A stretch of DNA of 21,511 bases from Candidatus Zixiibacteriota bacterium (GTDB taxonomy: Bacteria > Zixibacteria > MSB-5A5 > CAIYYT01), in assembly GCA_040235515.1 (NCBI GenBank), contig JBECKX010000123.1, forward strand, positions 1-21,511, written 5' to 3'. Shown here one piece after another: positions 1 through 7,456 of this stretch (position 1 is the first letter of the stretch; each line of letters starts with the position of its first letter). Below the pieces are notes generated by a model. The model saw only the letters and a list, made by a program, of their open reading frames with translations. It was not told the origin of the DNA and did not search any database. The translations under genes were made by a program, and so were the position numbers.

Positions 1-305
1 TCCACCGAATTCACTCCCGTGGAGTTTTCCGTGCTTTTTGTGCTCTCGATTTCCGGTGGGCGGTCGGGAGCGTTACCGAGTGGGATATGACGCGGATTGG
101 TGGTTCCGTGATGCACTTTCGGTTTATTGATGGCGCTGCGCAGTTCGGTATCGAAGTCGATACTCTTGCGCGCATAACCGGGCGAATTCACATTGGCAAT
201 GTTTGAGGCAATCAGTTTATGCCGCAGTGACGCCAGGTCGGCCATCTTGCTGTATGACGGAATCAGTCCGTTTTGAAACAGTGCTTTATGAAGCAGATTT
301 CCCAT
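1..305 (-). CDS. flgB: Flagellar basal-body rod protein FlgB (3' end runs off the window)
   Basis: Not in the ORF track. Manual translation from ATG at 305 gives MGNLLHKALFQNGLIPSYSKMADLASLRHKLIASNIANVNSPGYARKSIDF...TTNPRHI...GVNSV, containing the rod-protein motif (A)SNIANxxxPGY and the FlgB-type TxxRHI. A GGAG SD lies upstream. Confidence 0.93.
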   Translation of the reverse strand, partial: MGNLLHKALFQNGLIPSYSKMADLASLRHKLIASNIANVNSPGYARKSIDFDTELRSAINKPKVHHGTTNPRHIPLGNAPDRPPEIESTKSTENSTGVNSV

Positions 306-332
306 ATCGTATGCTTCTCCTGCCGGATGTTT

Positions 333-349
333 ATCAAGTGGCGTGCCAA
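333..349 (-). promoter_or_regulatory. Putative sigma54 (-24/-12) promoter for flgB
   Basis: Minus strand TTGGCACG-CCAC-TTGAT against consensus TGGCACG-N4-TTGCW: perfect -24 box and spacing, GA instead of GC at -12. It ends 28 nt before the flgB ATG. Confidence 0.65.
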
Positions 350-366
350 AGTTGGGAGAGCTGCGC

Positions 367-379
367 CAAGTTGTTGCTT
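367..379 (-). promoter_or_regulatory. Possible IHF-like binding site upstream of the sigma54 promoter
   Basis: Minus strand AAGCAA-CAAC-TTG against WATCAA-N4-TTR (one mismatch), at the usual position just upstream of a -24 box. Confidence 0.35.
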
Positions 380-422
380 TAGAAAAGCTTACGGTGTTGT
401 GAGTGTGTAGCCGCGAGGGAGC

Positions 423-1298
423 CTATTGCGGCTGAACGGAATTATCTTCCAGGCTGGAGCGTAAATCGTTCCCCCCGGTCGGCGGCGGAACTGGCAAAGA
501 GGACAGTTGAGCTTTCGGCTCATAGCGGCTGAGGTTATCGGTGAGCACCACGATATCTACCCGGCGGTTGCGGGCTCGATTCTCGGGCGTGTCGTTCGGC
601 ACCAGTGGACGTGAATCGCCGTAGCCGAGGGTGGAGATGCGGTCAGGGTTGATTCCCTTCTCATCGATCAGGTAGCGCACGACAGCCGCGGCACGAGCCG
701 ACGAGAGTTCCCAATTGGAGGGATATCTCGTATTCGCGATCGGGATGCTGTCGGTGTGTCCCTCGACCCGGATCTGATTCGGTATATCTTTGATTTCATC
801 GCCAATCTTCGCGAGTGCGGACCTGGCACCTTCGAGGAGTGCGGCATCTCCGGGACGGAAGAGCATCGACTCTAGCACCCGGATAACCAGACCTCGCTCC
901 TGCAGTTCGACTGAAATCGGTGGATTCGATTCAACTGCTTCCCCGGTTGAATCGGCGCCACTCATATTGGCCAGGTTGGTCCGGGGTCCGAGATTGACGC
1001 GGTTCTGGGCGATCCCTACTGTCGGACTATGGAGGCGGTCTGCAATGACTCGGAGGTGATTGATCTGCAACACGCCGTTTGAGAGGTCATCCTGGGACAG
1101 ACTGTCGACGACATCCTCAACGCGGCCGTGGAAAACCCCTTGAAGCTGTTCGGCCATTTTGCCGAAGCGACGCGAGTCGATCTTTGACATCGCGTACATG
1201 ATGACAAAGAACGCAAGCAAGAGCGTGATCAGATCGGCATAGGTGAGGAGCCAACGATTGGTGTCCTCCGGATCTTCCTTATCTCGCTGCCGACGCAT
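423..1298 (-). CDS. motB: Flagellar stator B subunit (MotB/MotD/PomB-like) with OmpA-like peptidoglycan-binding domain
   Basis: TM motif WLLTYADLITLLLAFF with the conserved Asp; C-terminal IRVEGHTD, SNWELSSARA, NRRVDI. GAGGA SD inside the end of motA; overlaps motA by 20 nt. Confidence 0.95.
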   Translation of the reverse strand: MRRQRDKEDPEDTNRWLLTYADLITLLLAFFVIMYAMSKIDSRRFGKMAEQLQGVFHGRVEDVVDSLSQDDLSNGVLQINHLRVIADRLHSPTVGIAQNRVNLGPRTNLANMSGADSTGEAVESNPPISVELQERGLVIRVLESMLFRPGDAALLEGARSALAKIGDEIKDIPNQIRVEGHTDSIPIANTRYPSNWELSSARAAAVVRYLIDEKGINPDRISTLGYGDSRPLVPNDTPENRARNRRVDIVVLTDNLSRYEPKAQLSSLPVPPPTGGNDLRSSLEDNSVQPQ

Positions 1299-2067
1299 AT
1301 TTGTCCTCGTAGCGCTCTTGCGGATTTATGTAGGAAAGCAACTTGGTGCGAACCACACGGGGGTTCTCCCCGGATTGGATTGCGACCACCCCCTCGAGGA
1401 TCAATTCGAGATTAGCCATCTCTTCGAGGTGACGGTGACGCAGCTTGTCAGAAACCGGCAGGAAAAAGAGATTCGCCGCGCAAACGCCCCAGAGTGTCGC
1501 GATGAACGCCGAGGCGATGCCTGCGGCCATGCGCGTCGTATCGGTTGTGTTCGCAAGTGTATGGATCAGGCCGAGCACGGTACCGATGATGCCCATAGTC
1601 GGTGCGAAGCCTCCCAGCTTCCGGAAGAACTCTATCCCACGACGATGACGTTCCTCGATGTACGAAATCTCGGTCTCGAGAATTGTGCGTAACTGGGTCA
1701 CTTCGGTACCATCGATCAGCAACTGAAGCGCCTTGCGAAAATAGGCGGTTTCGGTGCGATCGAGGTAGCCCTCAAGGCCAAGAATGCCCTCGCGACGGGC
1801 ACGCTCTGCGAGCATCACGATCCGGTCGATGGTCTCCCGGTAGTCAAGTTCCCGGCTGAAGAAGGCGATTCTGAGGTAGGTTGGAATCGCAAGCACCGTG
1901 GCGATAGAGGTTGTGACCATGCCTGCGCCGAGCGTCCCGCCCACGACGATCATCACCGCCGGCAGCTTGAAAACCGACGAGAGCGATCCCCCTTCCATGA
2001 GGTAAGCCACCAGGATCGCTCCGATCCCGAGGACCATTCCCACTATCGATGCAAGATCTGATCGCAC
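1279..2067 (-). CDS. motA: Flagellar stator A subunit (MotA/MotC/PomA-like, 262 aa)
   Basis: ARREGILGLE, GGFAPTMGIIGTVLGLI, AFIATLWG, ANLFFLP and GENPR motifs; GTG start with upstream AGGA. Confidence 0.95.
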   Translation of the reverse strand: MRSDLASIVGMVLGIGAILVAYLMEGGSLSSVFKLPAVMIVVGGTLGAGMVTTSIATVLAIPTYLRIAFFSRELDYRETIDRIVMLAERARREGILGLEGYLDRTETAYFRKALQLLIDGTEVTQLRTILETEISYIEERHRRGIEFFRKLGGFAPTMGIIGTVLGLIHTLANTTDTTRMAAGIASAFIATLWGVCAANLFFLPVSDKLRHRHLEEMANLELILEGVVAIQSGENPRVVRTKLLSYINPQERYEDKYASAAR

Positions 2068-2112
2068 AGTTCGCTAGTTCCTACCTGACCGCTCCGCGGC
2101 AGGTGCATAGGT

Positions 2113-2145
2113 TTACGCCATAGGTAGAGCCAGAGGCAGAGCCAT
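2113..2145 (-). CDS. Putative 10-aa leader peptide (uORF) MALPLALPMA in the motA 5' leader
   Basis: ATG GCT CTG CCT CTG GCT CTA CCT ATG GCG TAA, with GAGGT SD (2152-2156) 6 nt upstream, just downstream of the sigma28 promoter. Confidence 0.35.
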   Translation of the reverse strand: MALPLALPMA

Positions 2146-2171
2146 AGCGATACCTCGGCTATTCCTTGAAA

Positions 2172-2198
2172 GTATCGGCGAGGCGGGTAAATACTTGA
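2172..2198 (-). promoter_or_regulatory. Sigma28 (FliA) promoter for the leftward motAB pair
   Basis: Minus strand TCAA-N15-GCCGATAC against consensus TAAA-N15-GCCGATAA: exact 15-nt spacer, about 100 nt upstream of motA. Confidence 0.85.
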
Positions 2199-2339
2199 AA
2201 TGCAACTGGGTTCTCTGACTCGCGGAAATCGGTAGATGACCACTCCGCCACTACTTTGCCTGCACCCGAGACCAGAATCTGAATTGCAACGAATAGAACA
2301 TCCCTGGCTGACCGGCAACAGCCGCGATTCTAGTTTACT

Positions 2340-2378
2340 CCCCTCTCCCTCGGGAGGGAGAAGGGCTAGGGGTGAGGG
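2340..2378 (-). repeat. REP-like palindromic element (CCCTCACCCC...CCCTCTCCC...GGGAGAGGG type)
   Basis: Minus strand CCCTCACCCCTAGCCCTTCTCCCTCCCGAGGGAGAGGGG forms a GC-rich hairpin resembling a widespread extragenic palindrome family. Single copy in the window. Confidence 0.55.
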
Positions 2379-2598
2379 CGGATGAACTCTACTAGCTACT
2401 TGCTCGTTTCAATTTGGAAATGGAATGAGCTAGCCAGGGTACAGGGATGCTGAATAGTTCCCGACCCCAACCCGCAACATCATCCCCCACACCGTCTTTT
2501 GCCGAAAATCTCAGCGAATTCAATCGACTTTTTGCCGGAAATGACGACAAATGAAATGATACGAGGCAATCACCCTAAGGAAAGGACTCCACAGGCGC

Positions 2599-3456
2599 AT
2601 GTTTGCAATCATCGGTCTACTGATCGTCTTTGGAGGCGTGCTCGGCGGATTCGTCATGCACGGCGGTCCGATTCCGGTCTTGATACAGCCATCGGAATTC
2701 GTGATGATGGCGGGTGCATCGATCGGCTCTTTGCTGGCGATGACACCGCTCAAAACGATCAAAGCAATGATCCCGCAGTTCGGGCGGATATTCAGCGGTG
2801 GTACGTCGAAACAGCAATACACCGATCTGCTGGTAATGATGTATGAGATTTTCAATGTCGCGAGAAAAGATGGACTCGTGGGATTGGAAAGCCACATCGA
2901 AAAGCCATTTGAATCTACCATTCTGAAGAAGTACCCCGACTTTCTGAAAAACCATCACGCCGTGCATTTCTTCTCTGACACGATGCGTGTAATCATCACA
3001 GGCGCCATTTCGGCGATCGACCTCGAAGCGTTGATGGAGCTCGATCTGGAAACGCATCACGAGGAGGATGTCAAGCCGGCGGAAAATATCCAGACGATGG
3101 CGGACTCCCTGCCGGGCTTCGGTATCGTAGCAGCGGTGCTGGGTATCGTGGTTACGATGGGTGCGATTGATGGACCACCGGAGGAAATCGGCCATAAGGT
3201 AGCGGCGGCGCTGGTGGGAACGTTCCTCGGCATTCTGCTCTGCTACGGGTTGTTCCAGCCGCTGGCAAAGAACATCCAGGCGATCAATGAGGAAAGCTCC
3301 AAGTATTACGAGTGCCTCAAACAGGGCATGCTTGGATTCCAGAAAGGTTTCGCGGCATCGATCGCGGTTGAGTTCGCGCGGCGCGCAATCTACTCGGGAT
3401 CGCGCCCCGGCTTTGAAGAAGTTGAGCAGGCCTGCCGTCAGACCAGAAAGGCATAG
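2599..3456 (+). CDS. motA: Flagellar stator A subunit, enterobacterial MotA-type (285 aa)
   Basis: LIQPSEF, ARKDGLVGLESHIE, ADSLPGFGIVAAVLGIV, AAALVGTFLGILLCYG and AVEFARRAI closely follow E. coli-type MotA; AGGA SD. Confidence 0.96.
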   Translation: MFAIIGLLIVFGGVLGGFVMHGGPIPVLIQPSEFVMMAGASIGSLLAMTPLKTIKAMIPQFGRIFSGGTSKQQYTDLLVMMYEIFNVARKDGLVGLESHIEKPFESTILKKYPDFLKNHHAVHFFSDTMRVIITGAISAIDLEALMELDLETHHEEDVKPAENIQTMADSLPGFGIVAAVLGIVVTMGAIDGPPEEIGHKVAAALVGTFLGILLCYGLFQPLAKNIQAINEESSKYYECLKQGMLGFQKGFAASIAVEFARRAIYSGSRPGFEEVEQACRQTRKA

Positions 3457-3466
3457 TCGGTAACGC

Positions 3467-4396
3467 ATGAACGACGATAGCCTGCAAGAACAACAGCCAA
3501 TCATCATCAAGAAGAAGAAGGGTGGGCATGGCCATCACGGCGGCGCCTGGAAGGTGGCGTACGCCGATTTCGTGACGTCGATGATGGCGTTCTTCCTCGT
3601 GATGTGGTTGCTCTCGCAGGCGGATAATGTCAAGGAGAGCGTGGCTGGATACTTTCAGGACCCGCAGGGATTCAAGCAAGGCGGTAACATGACTGTGTTG
3701 CCGGGCAAGGGTAAATCGATCCTCGATCTCACGTCGCGCAATTCTCTGACCGAGGAACAACGTCGACGGATGCGCGAGAAGCAGGCGCGCAAGGAGTTGA
3801 TGGAAGCCGGCGCGGAGATCATGAAGAAACTACGCTCCAACCCCAGTTTCGATCGTCTCCGCAATCAGATCGAAGTACAGATGACGGCTGAGGGGCTGCG
3901 GATTCAGTTGCTCGAGTCAGCCGGAGAATCATTCTTCGAGCGTGGCTCATCGGAAATCAGGCCGACAGCGCAGAAGTTGCTGGCGATTGTGGCAGAGGAG
4001 GTGGGCAAACTTGACAACCCGGTGATTATCGAGGGCCACACCGACAGTTATCGCTACTCGAAGTCATCCGACTACTCCAACTGGGAATTGTCGGTTGATC
4101 GCTGCAATAGCGCGCGCAAGTGGTTGTCGACGCATGGGCTGAACGATGCGCAAATCGTCGAGATCAGGGGATACGCCGACAATGAACCGAAGATCAAGGC
4201 TGACCCCACCGATCCGCGCAATCGGCGAATAGCGATCATCGTTGCCAACCAGTATTCAGGTATGAACTACCTCGATAAGAATATTTTGATCCCGGAAGAG
4301 GAACTTGAAGAAGATGTCGTCGAGGATTCGACGGCGATTGGCGCAGCGGATATTCCGGCGGATAAGCTCCCTGAAGGGGTGGCGAGCGGGGGTTAA
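3467..4396 (+). CDS. motB: Flagellar stator B subunit, enterobacterial MotB-type
   Basis: IIIKKKKGGHGHHGGAWKVAYADFVTSMMAFFLVMWL is the E. coli MotB N-terminal signature; OmpA-like domain with IEGHTD, SNWELS, NRRI. Confidence 0.96.
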   Translation: MNDDSLQEQQPIIIKKKKGGHGHHGGAWKVAYADFVTSMMAFFLVMWLLSQADNVKESVAGYFQDPQGFKQGGNMTVLPGKGKSILDLTSRNSLTEEQRRRMREKQARKELMEAGAEIMKKLRSNPSFDRLRNQIEVQMTAEGLRIQLLESAGESFFERGSSEIRPTAQKLLAIVAEEVGKLDNPVIIEGHTDSYRYSKSSDYSNWELSVDRCNSARKWLSTHGLNDAQIVEIRGYADNEPKIKADPTDPRNRRIAIIVANQYSGMNYLDKNILIPEEELEEDVVEDSTAIGAADIPADKLPEGVASGG

Positions 4397-4424
4397 GCTT
4401 CCCGAGTGAAGTTCAAAGGATGAT

Positions 4425-4454
4425 AGGCACGTCCCACCGGACGTGCTTTTTTTT
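4425..4454 (+). terminator. Rho-independent terminator after the second motB
   Basis: GCACGTCC-CACC-GGACGTGC stem-loop followed by 8 T. Confidence 0.9.
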
Positions 4455-4499
4455 GTGGATCAGGACCACGGAGGAAAGTTCCCTGCCCCCTTCAAAAGC

Positions 4500-4572
4500 T
4501 ACCCCCGGCGTGAGTCGAACACGCGACCAAGAGTTTAGGAAACTCCTGCTCTATCCACTGAGCTACGGGGGC
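4500..4572 (-). tRNA. tRNA-Arg (anticodon CCU), CCA not encoded
   Basis: GCCCCCGTAGCTCAGTGGATAGAGCAGGAGTTTCCTAAACTCTTGGTCGCGTGTTCGACTCACGCCGGGGGTA folds as a cloverleaf; anticodon loop TT-CCT-AA; T-arm GTTCGAC. Confidence 0.96.
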
Positions 4573-4597
4573 AGTGAGATTTTTCTACAACAAGTCA

Positions 4598-4624
4598 CTG
4601 GCTTCCCGTCTGCGCGGGAATGAC
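4598..4624 (-). repeat. REP-like element (GTCATTCCCGCG...GGGAA type)
   Basis: Minus strand GTCATTCCCGCGCAGACGGGAAGCCAG has the TTCCC-N8-GGGAA palindrome like dRS3/REP-type repeats. Single degenerate copy here. Confidence 0.55.
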
Positions 4625-4687
4625 AGTGAGTTTCAACTCACCTGGGGGGCGGCAAGTACGCCCTCCCGTCCATGACTCGTTACTGCA

Positions 4688-5203
4688 TCAATCGTACGAG
4701 ATTAACGTCTTAACGTCGTAATCCTTCAGTTTCTTACGACCCTCGAGGTACCCTAATTCGATCAGGAATCCGATGCTGGCGACACTCGCGCCGAGCTTCT
4801 CCACCAATTTTGCGGCAGCGGCGGCGGTGCCACCGGTCGCCAGGAGGTCATCGATGATCACCACCCGATCGCGTTTGGTGAGGGCATCCTGATGGATCTC
4901 GAGGCTATCCCAACCATACTCCAGTTTATAACGTTGTCCAACTGTCTTGTAAGGCAGCTTTCCCTTCTTGCGAATCGGTATGATACCCACACCGAGCGAG
5001 AGCGCGATCGGTCCACCGAAGATGAAGCCGCGTGATTCGATCACGGCAACTTTGGTGATCTTCTTCTTGGCGAAATAGACGCAAAATTCGTCGATCGCTG
5101 TCTCGAACGCCCGGCTGTCCTTCAGCAAGGTCGTTATATCTCTGAAGATAATCCCTTTCTTGGGGAAGTCCGGGATGTCGCGTACTTTCTTCTTTAGATT
5201 CAT
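4688..5203 (-). CDS. apt: Adenine phosphoribosyltransferase
   Basis: IPDFPKKGIIFRDIT, ESRGF, RKKGKLP, YKLEYG and the PRPP-binding VIIDDLLATGGT. Alternative GTG start at 5206. Confidence 0.97.
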   Translation of the reverse strand: MNLKKKVRDIPDFPKKGIIFRDITTLLKDSRAFETAIDEFCVYFAKKKITKVAVIESRGFIFGGPIALSLGVGIIPIRKKGKLPYKTVGQRYKLEYGWDSLEIHQDALTKRDRVVIIDDLLATGGTAAAAAKLVEKLGASVASIGFLIELGYLEGRKKLKDYDVKTLISYD

Positions 5204-5263
5204 CACTCTATCTTTCCACTCCCTACTCTCTCATTCTTGCCCGCGCACGGCAAGTCAAGTTCG

Positions 5264-5545
5264 TCAATACTTGACGGCAAACTCCTGGTACTTATTCTCA
5301 AACGGCTTCCATTCAAGTTGAAACTCGGAGACTTGAGCATTGCGAGGTCCGGTTCGGACTGCCGTGAGGAACTCATGCACCGACTTCTTTTCGCCCTCCG
5401 CTTCGATTTCGACGGCGCCGGTTTCGAGGTTGCGAACATACCCATTCACCGGAAAGCGTTCTGCGGTGGAGGTTACGAAGTAGCGGAATCCAACTCCCTG
5501 GACCCTGCCTGTGATCAAAACCCTTGCGGTTGCCATCTCGCTCAA
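5264..5545 (-). CDS. acyP: Acylphosphatase
   Basis: ITGRVQGVGFRY signature, GYVRNL and GP motif; 93 aa; 4-nt overlap with the upstream gene. Confidence 0.95.
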   Translation of the reverse strand: MSEMATARVLITGRVQGVGFRYFVTSTAERFPVNGYVRNLETGAVEIEAEGEKKSVHEFLTAVRTGPRNAQVSEFQLEWKPFENKYQEFAVKY

Positions 5546-6006
5546 CTCGACACCTCCTCCAGAATTCGCTGAACTGCCTCAGCGGGCGTGCTGGCGACGA
5601 TCATTTCAGTGGAGACGTTCCATGACCCCAACGTGACGATCGGCTTGTTATACTTAAGAGCAAACGCGATCTCGGATAATGTCCCGAATGCGCCCGGCAG
5701 GGCTACGATGCCATCAGCCGTTCGCACGATAGCCAGGTTGCGGGCCTCGCCGAGCGAGGTCGCGATGGCATAGTCGACATGCGCATTAGCGGCGGCCTTC
5801 TCTCCACCGGGCAGAATGCCAATGGTTGTCCCGTTGGCTTCCTTGGCCCCCCGGCATGCAGCCGCCATGATTCCACCGAGTCCGCCGCAGACCAGGATTG
5901 CCCCTGCCCTGGCGATCTCCGCACCAACCTGCTGTGCCAGCAGAGCTTCAAGCTCGTCGCAGTCGCCGCGGCCGATCACAGCGATGTAGAGTTTCGGTGG
6001 CGTCAT
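5542..6006 (-). CDS. TIGR00725 / LOG-family Rossmann-fold protein (putative nucleotide phosphoribohydrolase)
   Basis: IAVIG, LVCGGLGGIMAAAC, TIGILP, GEARN and PGAFGTLSE (LOG PGGxGTxxE variant). Start at ATG 6006 or GTG 6009. Confidence 0.85.
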   Translation of the reverse strand: MTPPKLYIAVIGRGDCDELEALLAQQVGAEIARAGAILVCGGLGGIMAAACRGAKEANGTTIGILPGGEKAAANAHVDYAIATSLGEARNLAIVRTADGIVALPGAFGTLSEIAFALKYNKPIVTLGSWNVSTEMIVASTPAEAVQRILEEVSS

Positions 6007-6124
6007 CACTTGTTGCGCTTTCCCGGGAACGCCGAAAAGTTATCTGCTCCCAAGTGCGATATAGATACGAAATTGATGAGGTGCGGGCAAGTTATAGCTC
6101 GGTTAGCGATGCAGAGGCTCGGTT

Positions 6125-7306
6125 TCAGTCGAGACGGCAGATGAACGATTTGAGGTAAGTGCCCTCGGGAAAATAGGCTGAAATCGGGTGATCCCCCGGC
6201 TGCGGAATGAACCGCAGGATATGCAACCGCCGTTCGTTTTGTTGGGCCGAGCGACGCAACGTCACCACAAGGTCTTGCTCGGAGAAGTGCGCGGAACAAC
6301 TTGAAGAAACAAAAATCCCACCCGGCTTGACCAGGCGCATCGCCGCGCGATTCAGGAAGTGGTACGCCTTGCGGCCATGCTCGACATCCTTGTGTGACTT
6401 GATCAGGGCCGGAGGATCGAGGAGCACCATGTCGAACTGATCTTTCTCCCCCGCCGAAATCCAGTCGAAGATTTCCGCCGGGAGGTTGGTGATATTTGTC
6501 GCGGGCAAGTCGTTCAAGTGGACGTGCTCATCAACCAGCGCCAGCGACGGCTCGGATGAATCGACATTAAGAACATGTGCCGCCCCCCCTGCCAGCGCCG
6601 CCACAGCCACACTGCCGGTATTGGCGAAGAGGTTTAGTATGCGACGATCTCTGGCAACCGCGCGAACGCCGGACCGCAGGTCTCTCTGGTCGAGATAAAA
6701 TCCTGTCTTCTGTCCGCCCGTGACCTGGGCTACAAATTTGAGACCGTTCTCACTGAACAACTGTCGGTCAACGTCAGCGCCATGGATCTGCTCGCTAATG
6801 GGATCGAGTTCCTCTTCGGATCGCGAGGGTGTGTCGCTGCGGTTGATGATTGCATTAGCCTTGAATTCCGAAATCAGGACTTCAGCAACCAACGGCAACA
6901 GCTTATCAGAACCTGCAGTGGATGACTGCAACACGTAAGTATCAGCGTAACGATCGATGATCAAACCGGGAAACTGATCTGCCTCCCCGAAGAGGAGTCG
7001 ATAGCCGGTTGTAGTCTGATTTGGCAATCCCTGCAATTGGCGACGCTCAAACGCGGCTCGAATACAACTTGTTATCCAGTCTGCGTTTAACTCGACTTTC
7101 TTAAAGTCGAAAATTCGCACCGAAATCTGCGAGTGCGCCGAGTAGGTTCCGGTGGCGACAATGAGGCCGTCTTTGGTGGCGAGATGCACCGGGTCACCAT
7201 GCTTGAGCCCGGAGGGCTTATGCTCCACAGCGCGCGAGAACACCCATGGGTGTTGCAGAGTAATGCTCTGCTCCCGCTGCGGTTTCAGTTTTAGGATGGG
7301 ATACAT
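6125..7306 (-). CDS. RlmI-like class I SAM-dependent rRNA m5C methyltransferase (PUA + MTase)
   Basis: HPWVFS (PUA), GEADQFPGLIIDRY, GQKTGFYLDQR, LNLFANTG, DPP and SSCS catalytic Cys. Start taken at MYPILKLK (7306); the ORF extends to 7351. Confidence 0.88.
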   Translation of the reverse strand: MYPILKLKPQREQSITLQHPWVFSRAVEHKPSGLKHGDPVHLATKDGLIVATGTYSAHSQISVRIFDFKKVELNADWITSCIRAAFERRQLQGLPNQTTTGYRLLFGEADQFPGLIIDRYADTYVLQSSTAGSDKLLPLVAEVLISEFKANAIINRSDTPSRSEEELDPISEQIHGADVDRQLFSENGLKFVAQVTGGQKTGFYLDQRDLRSGVRAVARDRRILNLFANTGSVAVAALAGGAAHVLNVDSSEPSLALVDEHVHLNDLPATNITNLPAEIFDWISAGEKDQFDMVLLDPPALIKSHKDVEHGRKAYHFLNRAAMRLVKPGGIFVSSSCSAHFSEQDLVVTLRRSAQQNERRLHILRFIPQPGDHPISAYFPEGTYLKSFICRLD

Positions 7307-7379
7307 ATGGCAAGAGCGGTGCGCAACCGACCAATCCTTCGGTCGATCCATTGATCGACAAATCAGTGACCAATAAAAA

Positions 7380-7456
7380 TGGTCGGGGTGAGAGGATTTG
7401 AACCTCCGGCTCCTTAGTCCCGAACCAAGTGCTCTACCAGGCTGAGCTACACCCCG
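7380..7456 (-). tRNA. tRNA-Pro (anticodon CGG), CCA encoded
   Basis: CGGGGTGTAGCTCAGCCTGGTAGAGCACTTGGTTCGGGACTAAGGAGCCGGAGGTTCAAATCCTCTCACCCCGACCA; anticodon loop TT-CGG-GA. Confidence 0.97.

Noticed and set aside
2201..2260. Possible c-di-GMP-I (GEMM) riboswitch on the minus strand (GGCAAA...hairpin...CCAGTTGCA) upstream of motA
   Set aside because: It lacks the GNRA-capped P2 and the ACGCAAA junction, and lies upstream of the sigma28 promoter. An Infernal search with RF01051 would settle it.
2524..2550. Sigma28-like promoter TCGA-N15-GACGACAA for the second motA
   Set aside because: Two mismatches in each box; too weak to call.
2617..3510. 297-aa antisense ORF, and the many other 60-175 aa overlapping ORFs in the track
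   Set aside because: Shadow frames of well-supported genes in GC-rich DNA, with no recognisable motifs.
2200..4572. Second motAB pair as an island integrated at the tRNA-Arg 3' end
   Set aside because: No duplicated tRNA 3' end (att site) found in the spacer and no integrase present.
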